From Lama glama (lineage: Eukaryota), in NCBI GenBank assembly GCA_028534125.1, contig CM052832.1, positions 10,914,001 to 10,978,000 on the forward strand: 64,000 bases of DNA. Reading direction: 5' to 3'. How positions within the stretch are numbered: position 1 is the first letter of the stretch; every line of letters starts with the position of its first letter. Position numbers and translations under genes: made by a program. Below the pieces are notes generated by a model, which saw only the letters and a list, made by a program, of their open reading frames with translations, did no database searches and had not been told where the DNA came from. Positions 51,731 through 64,000 of the stretch are shown one piece after another.

Positions 51731-52084
51731 ACTCTCCTTTGCGATGGTTAATTTGCTTTCTCCTCTGTTCTTGATCTTTCTGATCGTACAGATCAAGCAG
51801 TAATCTTGTCTGCATACCTGATCTATTGCTGAAGATTCTTGCGGGTCAGACCATTCTAACTTTGCTACCTATTATGGCCGCTATGCCTGTCACGCCTTAG
51901 AAGTTCAGTGCAGCCGCCTGGCCCCTACTCCAGACTCCTGTCATCACAACTGACATCAGGGAGCCTGGCCCATGGCAGAATCTATTTTAGCTCTGACCCA
52001 CAGAGGGCAGCCGCCATTGGGCTGCTTGGTAGGTCAGTGACCACCGATAGTACATTCACTGTTCCTCTAGTGAAAGACAGGCTT

Positions 52085-52290
52085 CTCCAGGGAGCATGGT
52101 CAGGTGGACCTCATCAGGATTCTTCCTATGAGCTAAACAAAGGTATTCTAGTGTAATGCTCATTACCTGAGAGGCAGGGTTCCTAAGGATAGGCCATTAT
52201 GTATAACTTAACCTTATAGGCAACATCCCTTTAGTGATGAACAAGCGGTAGAATACAAAGGTTAAAGTAAAAGAAACTGTAGATCTTACT
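52085..52290 (-). mobile_element. Fragment of a younger ERV1-type LTR related to 40739-41210
   Basis: Shares the ggtcaggt, gataggc...gtata, taggcaacat, ggttaaag and gatct layout with 40956-41177. Confidence 0.5.
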
Positions 52291-53649
52291 ACAATGGCAA
52301 TAACACACTCACTGCCCGTTTATAATCATGTTCACATTGCCTCTAAGGCTAAGTACCAAATCTGATCACTGTCATTCCCATTCACTCTAGGGAGCCCTGT
52401 TTCAGGGCAGCATCCCCTATTGTTATTCCTGTCCTATAAAGAATAGCCAGCCTACACTAAGCTTATAAATGACTGTCCCCTCAAGTACTCTGTATTGTCC
52501 TAGTGAAGGGTGGGTCCTCTGAGCCCATTAGAGGGAGCACAGTCAGCTGGTGGGTTCTATGTAAAATGTGTCTATTACATAAGATTATCCTCACTGCCCT
52601 GAATATCTGAGCCTTAACACTATATTCTGAACAGTTCTGAAACTTCTACATCACTTAAACGTGACCTTCAGCAAGTCTCGAGGAAAAATCCCAGCAGCAT
52701 AAGACCAGTTTAAGGTGTCAAAGATGTTAAATCCAGAATCGTGGGAGAGAACCAACATATCCAGCCTTCTATTTGGCCCACTCCCTTTCTGATACCCTCA
52801 AGATCTACTTCCCAGTTCCTGTTGATATATTAATTAACCCACATATCTCAGTGAATGTTTACTCCCTTCTGAATCCACTCAGTATAAGTCCTTCAGGTTA
52901 TGCTGAGCACTGATCCTAGTTACTCGCCTTGATACAGTGAGAAAAGGGGAGGAATAATACTGATGACAAGAATTCTTTTAAGGTATCTGTCTCAAGTGAG
53001 GTAGCATGGTCTCTAGGCAATGGGTAGTGGCCTGCCACTTGTAGGTGGTAGGGGTCTGCTTCTGCCATCCTGGAAGTTTCAAAGGAATCTGTTCAAATAG
53101 TCTTAGACTCATCTGCTTAGCATAACATTGACCCAGGTCTGAGTCCTGCTCCTTCCTTATTGGGTTAATGGCCTTAGCGTGAGGGACCTGCTGGTACTGT
53201 ACATCTAGTCTCTTATAGCTCTGCCACTCTTCAAATCCATGAACTAGTTACTACAGCCCTTCAGCTGTAGGATGTGGTCTTCTAAAGTTGTCATGAAGGC
53301 CTTCTAGCTATCACCACATGCCCTGGGCTGGTTGTTTTTCAGTTGGCTGCTGTGGGTCTGTCATCCTTCCAGGCTTCCAAAGCAGTTAGCAAGTGCCAGC
53401 CAAGTCCGCAGCTTAAATTACCATTGTACTCATATTCAAGTGCTAGACCTGTTGCATAACCCAGATGTTTCTGCTTCACTCTGTGCCTCACCCAAGTGCA
53501 ATATGGGTGAGTCTTTGTGACCACGGAACTGCGTCAAGCTGGGCATCACCACTACACTTACCAGCAGCATCGTAGTACTTGGTGCTCCCACGCTGTTCTA
53601 GTTCCAGACTTCTACCTTGGGTGTCGACTTTCTAAGGCTGCCTACTACC

Positions 53650-54022
53650 TTAGCTTCCTTGAAAACAGCCCAAGACAGACACTTCAGTGAAAATGGTGTA
53701 TTTGGAAATTAATCCTATAGAGCAAGAGTAATATTTGCCATGGGCGTGAGGAGCTTGATTCTGCTCAAACCTCCTGTGAGGGATGGAGGATGGATGCCTT
53801 GCAGCAATGTCAACCAGAAGCTTGGGAAGCAGGGACCTTGATCAAATGAACTCTTGTATTCCATTGGTAGATGTTTGCTCTCAAGTTACCTAAGAGCTGT
53901 TGGGCTGTTCTCACTGGAAGCAGATCTGGAGCAAGAAGCAATGTACCAATCTCAGCTTCCGTGGAACTATAGCTGAAATCTGCAGAGGGTATTTGGCAAC
54001 AGACACTAGAAGCATCTATAAC
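53650..54022 (-). mobile_element. LTR16-like LTR, probable 5' LTR of provirus A
   Basis: ttagcttccttgaaaacagcccaagacagac...tatttggaa; directly adjacent to a sequence resembling the ERV3-16A3 leader (ctagttccagac...ctttctaagg). Confidence 0.55.
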
Positions 54023-54599
54023 AACTTAAACCATCTTAATAAACACTCGAATAAGTGATTAGAATACTAAGTTTTACCCTTCCTACTCTTACGTGATCTG
54101 TTATGGTAGCCTTGAATAAGAAAACGTTCCCTTGGCCATCTACATGTAAGCCAGTCAGAGAAGAAATCAATGAGTGCGTTATTAGAATGCAGTAAACATT
54201 ACAACAGGAAGTACTTAAAACCAAGGCCTTCTGCCTTTGTTAAGTGGCGTCATAAAAGAGGCCTCACCAAAACTGTGATCTAGAGACAGGGCAGCCTTAC
54301 TGAAGAGAATGATTAATGAAGTAAGCACCATTGGTATGTTCCCAACCTCTATCGTTATATTTAACTGAAGTATATGTGCAAAGACATTCTAAATACTTAG
54401 CTCACCCCTCTATACCAGAAGTAGAAGGGGCCACTAGGTGCTGAGGGAGTGGAAGGGCTCAACCGGCTAGTGCCTAAGGTGGAGGATCCTCTTCTTTAGG
54501 GGTGGGTGTATTACCTGTTAACAGACTTGGGGGGGGTTGCTGGTTTGATGCCACAGACTTGCCCCAGGAGAGAGGCTATGAGCCTCAAAGTTCCCCCAG

Positions 54600-57500
54600 T
54601 TCTGCTCTTATGGCCACATCTAAACGACTTGTCTGATAGATGGTTGCAGTAGGAAAACACCTTATAATCTAGAAGGGTGAAGGAGAAATAGCCAAGGTCC
54701 CTTGGGCCTAATGTGGCCCTTCTCAGAGCCCCTGCTTGGTGCCTTGGAAAGATGGTTGGGGAGATAGATGTGGAGAGGGCCCTGGAGGTAGAAGCCAGGG
54801 CAGAAGTCCAGGGCTTCTCTGGGTTTTCCTGCCCCCCCCCCCGGCTGAGTGGGGCTGGCCCAAGGTGGGGCGAGAGCCAGCAGGGTAAGAGGCCAGGAGG
54901 CTAGAACTGGGAAGGTTTCCTGGTTCTCACTCAATAGGAACTCTCTGCTCTAAGCTTTGCCCACCTGTCCTAAGCCTTTGAGGTGATGCATTGCCATCAT
55001 GACAGAGTAATGTCTTTGACCTGACCTGTTGGCTGTACCTTCAGCTGGCCATTCCAGTACTCTACCCAGCAGGCAACCTCCAGATGGAGTTATGTGATGC
55101 ACATTGCCATGGGCTGTCTCCCACACCTTCACTATATAGGTCATCTCGTCAGATGCCATGTTGTATGAGATTCCATGATTGTGGATCAAACACTGTGCAA
55201 GTCCCTAGAGGATGAATGTTGGCTGATGCTCTGAGCAAAATGGGCAAACCCGTATCTGAAGTTGGTGTCAACCTCTATAAGAATTCACTGCTGGCCCTGA
55301 TGGGACAGAAGGGACCTAATGGAATTAACTTTCTACCAAGTGGCTGTTAGGCCTCCTTGAAGAATAGTGCTGTACCAGAGGCCCTATTGGCCTCTATTAT
55401 TGGCAGGTTAGACATTCATTGGTGTTGGTGTCTAAATTGGCCTTGGTGCATGGGAGCTCATTTGGGTTCTTACACAGCTGTCACCTCTACTGCTGTACCC
55501 AATCTATGTATTTGACCATCATAGTAGTTAGATGACTAATGATGCTGGCTAACACCCACTGGTCAAGTTTGTCTACTCAGTTAAGTGCCTATCCCATGGT
55601 GAGTGCATTCTGGTAGACATTAATGTGTGCCATAACTCTTGATTCTCTATGCCTGCTCTAAATGGTATTCCATATGCATCTACCCTAGATGTCCTTGCCG
55701 CTGATCCTCCAGTCTTTCTCCCAACCCCCTGACCAGGCTATCTACTGTTGCCCGGAAATATGTATAGTCTTACTTCAGGTTCCTTTTCTTGCCATAGTGT
55801 ACTGCTCGAAGATATCCCAATGGGGGAGATTTTCCCTCAGCACTGCATTTCTAGCCCTAATTTTTTGAGGGAACCCCCTTGTTTTCCATAGTGACTGTAC
55901 TGATTTATAGTCCCACCAGTGATGCACAAAATCTCCACATCCTTGCCAGCATTTATCTGTTATCTTTTTGATGGGCGTTCTAACAGATGATATCTCCCCA
56001 TAGTTTTGACTTCTAAATTCTTAGTGACTAGTGATACTGAGCACTTGTGTGCCTGTGAATGCAAGGAGGGATCCTAGGACAACTGGTACAGGTGACATGG
56101 GGGGTCTGGACCATCTGCTTATGCACCTTGTGCCCTCTGCTATTGGAATCAGTCCTGGGCATAACATTTTCATCTCTCGATGGATTGTTGCTGGGTCTGG
56201 CTAAATTTGATCTACTTGGTTTGACTCCAGGTGTCTGCTTACTTTATCATGTGGTTAAGTTTTCCTCTCTAACAGAGCCTGGTAGCATGTGAACCACTTC
56301 TTGAAGCATATAGATGTCTGCTTCAGATGGCATGACTAGGCTGCTCAGCCCCAGGGGACTGCATTGTGATTCTCCCACTGGGCCTTGACATAGTTTTATA
56401 CTGTAAAATTCCCCTACTGACCACTTAGTTCATAACCCCTAGTAAAAATTTTATTGAAATTGATAAGTACTTACTTGTATGTCTATATGACTTGAGTTTG
56501 GACACATGCAAACACCTGTGAAATGTCTCTATAATTAAGGAAATAGACAAACCCATCACCTCACTGGATTGTATGGCCCAGGAGGCAGGATGCCTGTATC
56601 AGAGCTTGCTTATACTACAGCATCTTTCCTTGTCCTGGGTTCATCTGAGTTGACAGCATGTGGCGTAGGTTAAAGCAGTATATCTGTCTGGTATATATTC
56701 TTTCTTGAATCTAAAGAATCCTGCCTGATATTAAACAATGAAGGAAGCACATCTAACACAACTTATACTCTAGAAGGGTTGTCACGTTATTCCCAACCCT
56801 GGACCTCTAAGCTTTCCTGGTGGCAGGTCCCCAAATCTTCATAGGGTAGAACTTCCATCCTCTGAAGTGCATGTATCCACTGTACTAGTCCTTTTTTGCT
56901 CATCCTCTGCAATCAGCATGACTCACTTGCTAATAGGTCAGTGTCCTGAGATACCAAATGGCCCTTCTTAATATATGACAGACTGAAAGTTAACATAGCC
57001 CTGGGGCAAAGCTCTAGTTATATATTAATTCCACATGAATTCAGACTGTCTCTGATCTTCTCTTCTGATTGGGACAGAAAAGAACTTTCACCTTACTGAC
57101 CACATACCATATATTGGAGGTCTTATTAATCTGCCCTAGCAAAGACCCCTCCTCTGGGATGACGGCAGCAACTAGGATGACTGCCAGGTTGAGTTTAGTC
57201 AACCCATCCATCTAATCTCTGCACAGGCCAGACTGAATCAAATGATGCTGTGATGAAGCAACAGCCCTGAAACCTTATTCTGTAAGAGTGGTATTAACAT
57301 GTGCCACCCCCCTGACTCCAACATGGGACGTTTTATTTACTCTTGGAGTTGCCTAGCTTCAGAGGCTTTCACTTGGCATTTCCTGCTTTTTTGTTATTTT
57401 GTTTTTCATAGTATTCTTTTATTATCGTTGAAATTTTCCATGGGATCTGTAGTGGCATTTCCTGCTTTGATAGCAGTGACTCTTCAGTCCAAGAAGCTCC

Positions 57501-58800
57501 TGTATGTGTTACTTCAACTGTTAAGTCCATGCCAACTACACATTCAGAGACTGAAAAATGGCCTCTAGGTGGGTGTATGGACCCAGCAGACCCATCGAAC
57601 CTCAGACTTTGACCGTAACTTCATTTATTATCTGGACCCCTCAGGTTCACACTCTAACGAAGTCATGACGAGGCTTCTGGTCTCCAGGAGTTGATAGGAG
57701 CTTGGACCCTGTGTCCAAGTAAAGTTTAATGTCTGGGTGTTACTACCCAATTCCCCAACCAGTGTTTCTAGAAAGACCAGAGGTACACTTGATGTGGTGT
57801 CAGAAGCCTTTCCTTTTGGGGACCTGGCCACCTCTTTAGTGAGTGGGTTGCTGGTTTAAAACCTGTTCGTAACTGGGAAGTGACTAAGGCACTAAAACTT
57901 TGAGGCAACTGCTGCCGTCAGCCTCCTGCTCATCATTCCTTTGTATAGGTTCAGCATCTTTTGGGGGCTGCCATTCTGTTTTGCCCCAGGGACATGTTCA
58001 CTTAATCATCTCTCTCATCCTCTGTGGGACAAGCCCCTTTGGCTACCCTTCCAGCCTCTCTAGCTGACATAGTAACTGCAGCACCCGGTTCTGGTTAAGT
58101 GCTACTATCTGGCATTGATTCGAGGCTCTACTATCTTTAAAGCTTAGTGAATCCAGCTGTGAACTTCCCCTCCTACAAACAGCCTTAGCCTGCAGGAGAC
58201 CTGCCACTGCGGTGGCCTTGACTATTGGTATGCTTGTCCTCTCATGGAACATGCTATCTTACGGTTTTTCCGGCCTTGCATAGTTCATGCATTCCAGTAT
58301 ACTCACCTCCCTGAGATTTCTAGTGCCCTCCTCTTTTCTGTGTCAATTTAGAAGTCTAGAAAAAGGTATTTTAAATTTACTTAGAATCGGTCATTTTGAA
58401 GAATCATCTAAGAGCAAGTTAGCCCCATTCTGTGGGGTCCTTGCCAGAGTTTCAATATAGTATCCTGGGAGACTGCTCCTAAGTTTTACATCCTGGCCCT
58501 TTGAGCAAGCATCCTCAAAATCCAGTCCTAGAGATGTTCCCTAAGCCTCCTGTTGGTGCTTGTTGTCTAGTTCTTGGGATATAATTGCTTTCTGTCAGCA
58601 ACAGCACATCTTGACTTGGATTATGCTTGGATATGCTGAGATTTAATTCTAGTTATCAGCCTGGCATCCAGGAAAGGATGCCTCCTTACAGGGGAATCTA
58701 TCACCTTATGGAACAGAAGCCTTCGCAGTTTCTTCCTACATGGGGGAAGGCTGGCTTGTGCTCTTAAGGGAGAGATGAGTGAGAGTCAAACAAGTTCTTT
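54600..58800 (-). mobile_element. Decayed ERVL-class provirus interior B (gag-pol-integrase) with small L1 inserts
   Basis: LPQGYVN at about 56988-57009; AIKAGNAK*KPLKL across 57355-57475; integrase-like AHG and WNGQLKV at 55030-55130; L1 pieces at about 55860-56056 and 56440-56560. Confidence 0.8.
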
Positions 58801-59029
58801 GGTTAGTGCTATGTTTCTTACTGGTTAAAATGAGAAGTAGGCACAGGTACCCAAGTATGGGTAGCCTAGGAATATTCCTTCAAGGAAGAACTATCCTGAG
58901 AGTGACAGGTGGAAATAGAGCGAAAGGGATTGTTTGGCAGGAATGATGGAGGCAGTGAAAACATGGTCAGGAATTTTCCAAGATGATATTTATGTTTGCT
59001 TCACTTAAAAACCTTTGGGTTTTAGGCAT

Positions 59030-59735
59030 GCAAGGGACCTAGCAGAAATCATTTGAGATGGAAGGCATGGGAAATAAAAGCCTGGAGGCAGAAGCACCCT
59101 GGCATGCTGGAAGGACTGAAGGAAGGAAGCAGTGGGGCTAAAACTGAATGAATGAAGTGGAGAGACAGTGAGAAGCAGGAGCTATATTATGAAGAATCCC
59201 AAAGTCTATGGTAAGGAAGGTGGGATTCATTCTGTAGCTAGTGGAAAGCCACTAGGCAAGTTTTAAGCAGTGGAACAACATGAATAATTCCCTTTTCAAG
59301 CCCTAAATTGCTCTGCCTCCACTGTTAGCTTGTGTAATCTCTTAGAGAAACAAAGTACTTCTAGGATGAAGGAGGCAGTAGAAATGGAAAATTTGGATAG
59401 ATTCAGAATATACCTAAGAAATGACATGAACAGGTCTTGCTGATGGATTCGGTGGGGGGACTGAAGGTAAGGAAGGATTTTGAATGATCCCTGGCTTTCT
59501 GGCCTGAAGGGTAGTTTTTGGTGTTGACAATGAGATGGGAAAGACTAGAATGAAGTTTTGGGCAAATTCATATCTTTTGCATATTAAACTTGAGATGCCT
59601 ATCATGGCCCCCACTTGAAAATGTCATGAAGATACTTGAATATGAGTAGGGAGCTCAGGGGAGTATTTCAAGCAAAGAAGCTTGGGAGTTGTGTTCAGTA
59701 TTCTCTGTGGTTACACAGGGGAGCTGTCTTGGAGC
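59030..59735 (-). mobile_element. L2 fragment
   Basis: aaagcctggaggcagaa, gtggaaagccact, acaggtcttgctgatggatt and ttgagatgcct. Confidence 0.7.
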
Positions 59736-61214
59736 TGCAGATTGACTCAGTCTCTAGGAAACTGGCCAGTTGCAGTCTTGGGAATAATGGGTGGCAATCG
59801 TGTCGTTGCAATCAATTTTCATTTTGGGGAACAAAAATTCTCACTGCCTTACTAGTCGAAGACTAGGATTGCTTTATGAACATGAGGCAATGGCAGTGAA
59901 GGCCTCTCAGAAGCAAGAGGCAATACTCGGGGCTCAGGGAGCACAGAGATCCTCCAGAGAGTATCGGGAGTCCAGAAGCACATACCACGGTGAGTGCCTT
60001 AGTTCCCAGTGGACCTTCTGAACTTGGTATTCAACTTGGGGTTACAGAACCAAGCAACTGACTCTGGAAGAGTAAAAGCTAACTGGGTCAACTGTTTCCT
60101 TGATGTTTCTGAGAATTCAGGGCTTGAAATAAGCCAAGTGTGAAGTTTCTTACTGGTTAAAATGAACAGAGTAGGCAAAGGTGCCCAAACTCATGTAGCC
60201 TAGGAATATTCCTTCAAAGAACTATCCTGAGATGGAGAAGTAGAAAGCAAAGGTTCAGGAAACAGTCCACAGGACCAGACTGGGGGAAGGTGGCATGATT
60301 TGTAAGAAACACATCAGATTTTCCTTTTGTGCTTCTCTTTACTATGAAAATGGCCGTGTTGAAGACCCACCTCCCCACTGGTACCCTTTCTACTTGTATA
60401 AGCAGGTGGCATGTCTATGTGTGACTTAGCCTTTGTCTTTACTACAAGTTATGCTGTTTCAAGGTAAGCATCTATGTCTCAAAGCACTTTCATTTCTTGT
60501 CTACAGCACAGCAAAGACAACCACCAGAGCATCCTAGAAATACCTATGCAAGAATCCACCTCGATTTCTCATCCACTCTTCTGCACCCACCTAGGGGTAG
60601 GGTGCAGAAGAGTTAGCAGGTAGAGGGATCAATAGAGTGGGTAAATGAGAGGCTTTGAATTAAGCATGAGAGTTAAGAGCATTTACAATTGGAACTAAGT
60701 GACAAATACTTCTGGCTTCTTGGAGGGGTGGTTAGAATGGACCTGATACAGCCTTCTGGATCACAGCTTCCCTGGAGGCCTTCTAGCTGACTGTATTAGA
60801 GCCTGAACTGGAGGGTAGTCTGAGGATCAATCAAGTACATTCAGAGCTTGAGCATTAAAAAGCTTTTGTTCCCAAAATGGGAATTAAACTGGTGCTGAGT
60901 ATTTTTAAAGAGTTGATAGAGAAAGCTACCATTAATCTGTTTAAACGTAAGGCTCCTGGCTTCTGCAAGCTGACTTTGGCCTGTTTGAAACCTCTGTGCT
61001 AGGTAGTACCTTGTTAGAGGAGAGACTCTTCTTAGCACACTTAATTTATGAGCAGATTGATTTGTAACTATTGTCTTCTAGATCCATTACTTGCTATTTA
61101 TGATTAATGGCTCATGTATTAGGATGCCTCTAAATAATCCCATGCCCTAAACATTAACCCATGACAACTGTAAGAGGTGGCAATTTAATGGTTCATTCTT
61201 GAAATAAATCAGCT

Positions 61215-61620
61215 GCTAATAGTCTCAGTCCACTCAGGAAACCAGACCCAAGTTGTTCAGTAGAGGGAATTCGATATGGAAAACAAATTGCAAAAGTTTT
61301 AAGAGTAGGAAGCCAGACAGGAAATAGTGAAGAAATTCAGACTAATGGCAAGAAGCTACTTCTAGACTTAGGGCTGAAGAGCCAAGAGAAAGAAGTAGCA
61401 TCTTGACTACAGTGGTGGAGACAGCAGAGGGGGTTAGAGCGAACAATGGGAAGAGAGGATTTGACTCCAAATGCTAGAAGTGAAATAGCTGCTGCTGGAG
61501 ATCCTGAAGTGGGGAGAAGGAAAAAATACCCCAGTGTCTCCCTTCCACTTCTCCCACCATTGGCCGAATCCAGCTGAAAGCCAGATGGCAAGAGAGCCTA
61601 GGAAACTGAGTCTTCTCAGG
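61215..61620 (-). mobile_element. LTR33-like ERVL LTR
   Basis: aaaataccccagtgtctcccttcc...ccattggccgaatccagctgaaagccagatggcaagagagcc. Confidence 0.65.
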
Positions 61621-61902
61621 GCCCTGAAACTTTCTTTCCTTACTATGGACTGTTACGCTAACTTTTTGTCTTTGTTGTATAACATCCCAGCCACTTACAT
61701 CTGGGATGTGCTCCCTAGTGTTTATCAGATGAGCATACTCTACCTTCTAGTTCCCCCAATATTTATTACTGAATAATGTACCTGACGTGTTCGATATCAA
61801 CTTAAGGTTTTACCATGAGATAATGTGATGGAAAAAGTTCCTGTTGGAAACAGGAGCTGTTGCAAAAACAGAAATCAGCTGATAGACTCAATAGGAGTTC
61901 CC

Positions 61903-62250
61903 TTATGTTGTTGCTTTCCTCTTGCTGCTTTTAGTATCTTTTGTCGTTTTGATTAGTGTCTTGGTGTGTACTCTTCTGATTAATCCTGTATGGAACTCTC
62001 TGTGCTTCCTGGACTTGGCTGTTTCCTTTCCCAGATTAGGGAAGTTTTTAGCTATTATCTCTTCACATAAGTTCTCTGCCCTCATTTCTCTTTTCCTTCT
62101 GGGACCCCTACGATGTGAATATTGGTGTGCCTGACGTCATCCCAGAGGTCTCTTAAACTGTCCTCACTTTTTTTTCAGTGACAGTGACTTCTGCTGTCTT
62201 CCAGCTCACTGATTTGTTCTCTATCATTTAGTTACTGTTGATTCCTTCCT
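61903..62250 (-). mobile_element. L1 ORF1 fragment
   Basis: The supplied ORF 61903..62085 contains AENLCEEIIAKNFPNLGKET, an L1 ORF1p motif (EN.FEEII.ENFPNL.KE). Confidence 0.88.
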
Positions 62251-63239
62251 AGTGTAACTGAGGTAATGTAACTGGGAATTTTGGATTCTCATTATGGTTT
62301 GTATTAGTAGATCTGGTAACACAATACTGTGACCTAATAGCTTTAGCTGTCTGTGAGGAGGCTAAGTAACTCAGTTGAGAGAAAACATCGGGATCCCTTA
62401 AAACTATAGCTCTGGGAGTGCGCACTTTCATGTGATCTAGTAACCTGCAGCATTGGGGTGATGTTCTCTAAAGGGTAGTTCTAGCAACTACCAGAGGAAT
62501 AAGATGAAATGCAAACCTGACATTTTTACAGGAGTTTGCACAACTCTTACCTGAATGGGGCTGGGACTGTAAGCACCAAAAATACTCCTGCCCCCTGCCT
62601 GAGATTTCTTGCTAATAAGATAAATCAGAAGTGGCTTCTGCCTCCCTCCTCAGCCATCAACCCTGGAGAAACGATATAAAAGCAAACATCTGGAATGACT
62701 CCTGTGAGAGGGTCCTGGGCCGACTGAAAAGGGGTGGGGTTTGATCTTATGTCGGGGGGTGGTGTAGATATGACTGGCGTCAGTTCAGGTCTGGCAGGAA
62801 GATGCCCAGCAGTCAGTGCAACCCTAAGAAAAAGCTTCAGCCAGTGTAACAGGGACCTCTGGCCCAAAGGCTGCCCACAGAAGAGTCTGACATCTGGCAG
62901 ATGTTCACCTGGTGAAACCAGGGAAGCACAAGAGCCCTGTCAGGTGAGGAGTCAATGAAAGCAGGTGGGAGCTCATCAAACTTGGGCATCTGAACCTTCA
63001 TCCTGTCTCTGTGGGGTTGGTGGGTTCCAGTCCAAGGAGCCTGCTTCCTCCTAGTGCTACTTCTCTTGGGGAGGGAAATCCTGACCTAATGTTTCTTCCT
63101 GGAAAGTACAGAACATCCTTGGCCTCTTCTCCCCTGTAAGTGAGCTTTGCGGGGCTCCGACTAGGATCTTGCCAAGATGGCGTTAGTAGAGAAATCGTTT
63201 TCCCTAGAGGAAGCTGAATAGTTTCACAGGCCAAAACAG

Positions 63240-63790
63240 TGATTTCAAAAGGAAATCAAACACAAATATGTACCACTGGAAGCGGAAATATTAGAACACT
63301 CGGGAATGTAAAATAACAAGCATACCTAACATACTTCCACTTAAAAATGAGAACAAAAATCAAAGAATCAGATACAAGAATGAAAAATAATAACATAATA
63401 AGAGGAGGACAGATACAGCTGAAGAACAAACTAGTGAGTTGGAAGATCAGATTGAGGAACTCTCCCAGAAGGAAGACAGGAAATGTAAGGAGATATGGAA
63501 GATAGAAAAACTATAAACATGTAGATTGTCATTATTTTAGCTTTTTCTTTTGACATTATTTCTCAGAAAGTGTTGACAAGCTCATTTTGAAAAAGCTCAT
63601 AGAATAAAGCGAAACCCCACAACACTAGATATGATAACACAAACATTAAAAATGAGTCAACTATGAAAGCTTGCAGAGAGAATCTATAGAACAAAAACTA
63701 GAGTCAACAGAATGAGAACTATAATCTCACAGCACTCAAATATTGGATAAAGTAGAAAATAGAAGTTAAAGAATTGAACTTGATTTTATA
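63240..63790 (+). mobile_element. Old L1/HAL1 ORF1 coiled-coil fragments
   Basis: gatacagctgaagaacaaactagtgagttggaagatcagattgaggaactctcccag translates to DTAEEQTSELEDQIEELSQ. Confidence 0.7.
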
Positions 63791-63911
63791 GAACTAAAAC
63801 TAAACAGTGCATACATGGTGAACATATGGTGAAACATATATCCACTATTCAGCTTTAGCAACTCAACATTTTTTAAAAATCTTGCTTCATCTATCCCCCT
63901 GGGTGCTTTGC

Positions 63912-64000
63912 CTTTTTTCTTTTTTCTTTTCTTTTTTTTTTTTTTTTTGCTTTGCTGGAATTTTCGAAGCAAATGCCAGGCATATTCTTTACCCGTAAAT
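63912..64000 (-). mobile_element. Poly-T tract and L1MC-like 3' fragment
   Basis: T-rich tract followed by tttgctggaattttcgaagcaaatgccaggcat...acccgtaaat. Confidence 0.55.

Larger units (their letters stand above)
49050..53650 (-). mobile_element. Decayed ERVL-class provirus interior A (ERV3-16A3-like gag-pol), interrupted by LTR inserts
   Basis: Minus strand 50965-51050 reads WQNPHTSSLIHRGKAITVGKAKWSLLKP (ERVL WQNPHIGSL...GKAKWKPL); VLNQGSIS at about 50650-50670 corresponds to LPQGY; many stops and frameshifts. Confidence 0.8.

Noticed and set aside
61903..63790. Domesticated L1 ORF1 gene (L1TD1-like)
   Set aside because: Short fragments on opposite strands with stops and frameshifts.

Overview
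Mammalian genomic DNA, not prokaryotic. It is very likely camelid, based on a tRNA-derived SINE of the vic-1 type at 36312-36395 and a young L1 3' end at 11932-12322. I find no credible protein-coding gene. The ORF track is noise except where it crosses decayed retroelement coding sequence (L1 ORF1, ERVL pol/dUTPase, CR1 ORF2). The window is a mosaic of MIR, L2, L1, hAT MITEs, MaLR/ERVL LTRs, several younger ERV1-type solo LTRs and two decayed ERVL-class proviral interiors at about 49-59 kb. The most notable non-repeat signal is a doubled CCAAT/GT-box/TATA promoter-like module at 38.9-39.3 kb, followed by about 24 kb with no coding exon and mostly antisense repeats. This is compatible with an unannotated long non-coding (possibly germline or piRNA-precursor) transcription unit, but that is a hypothesis. 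Repeat family names are from recall of consensus sequences, and boundaries without TSDs are approximate.
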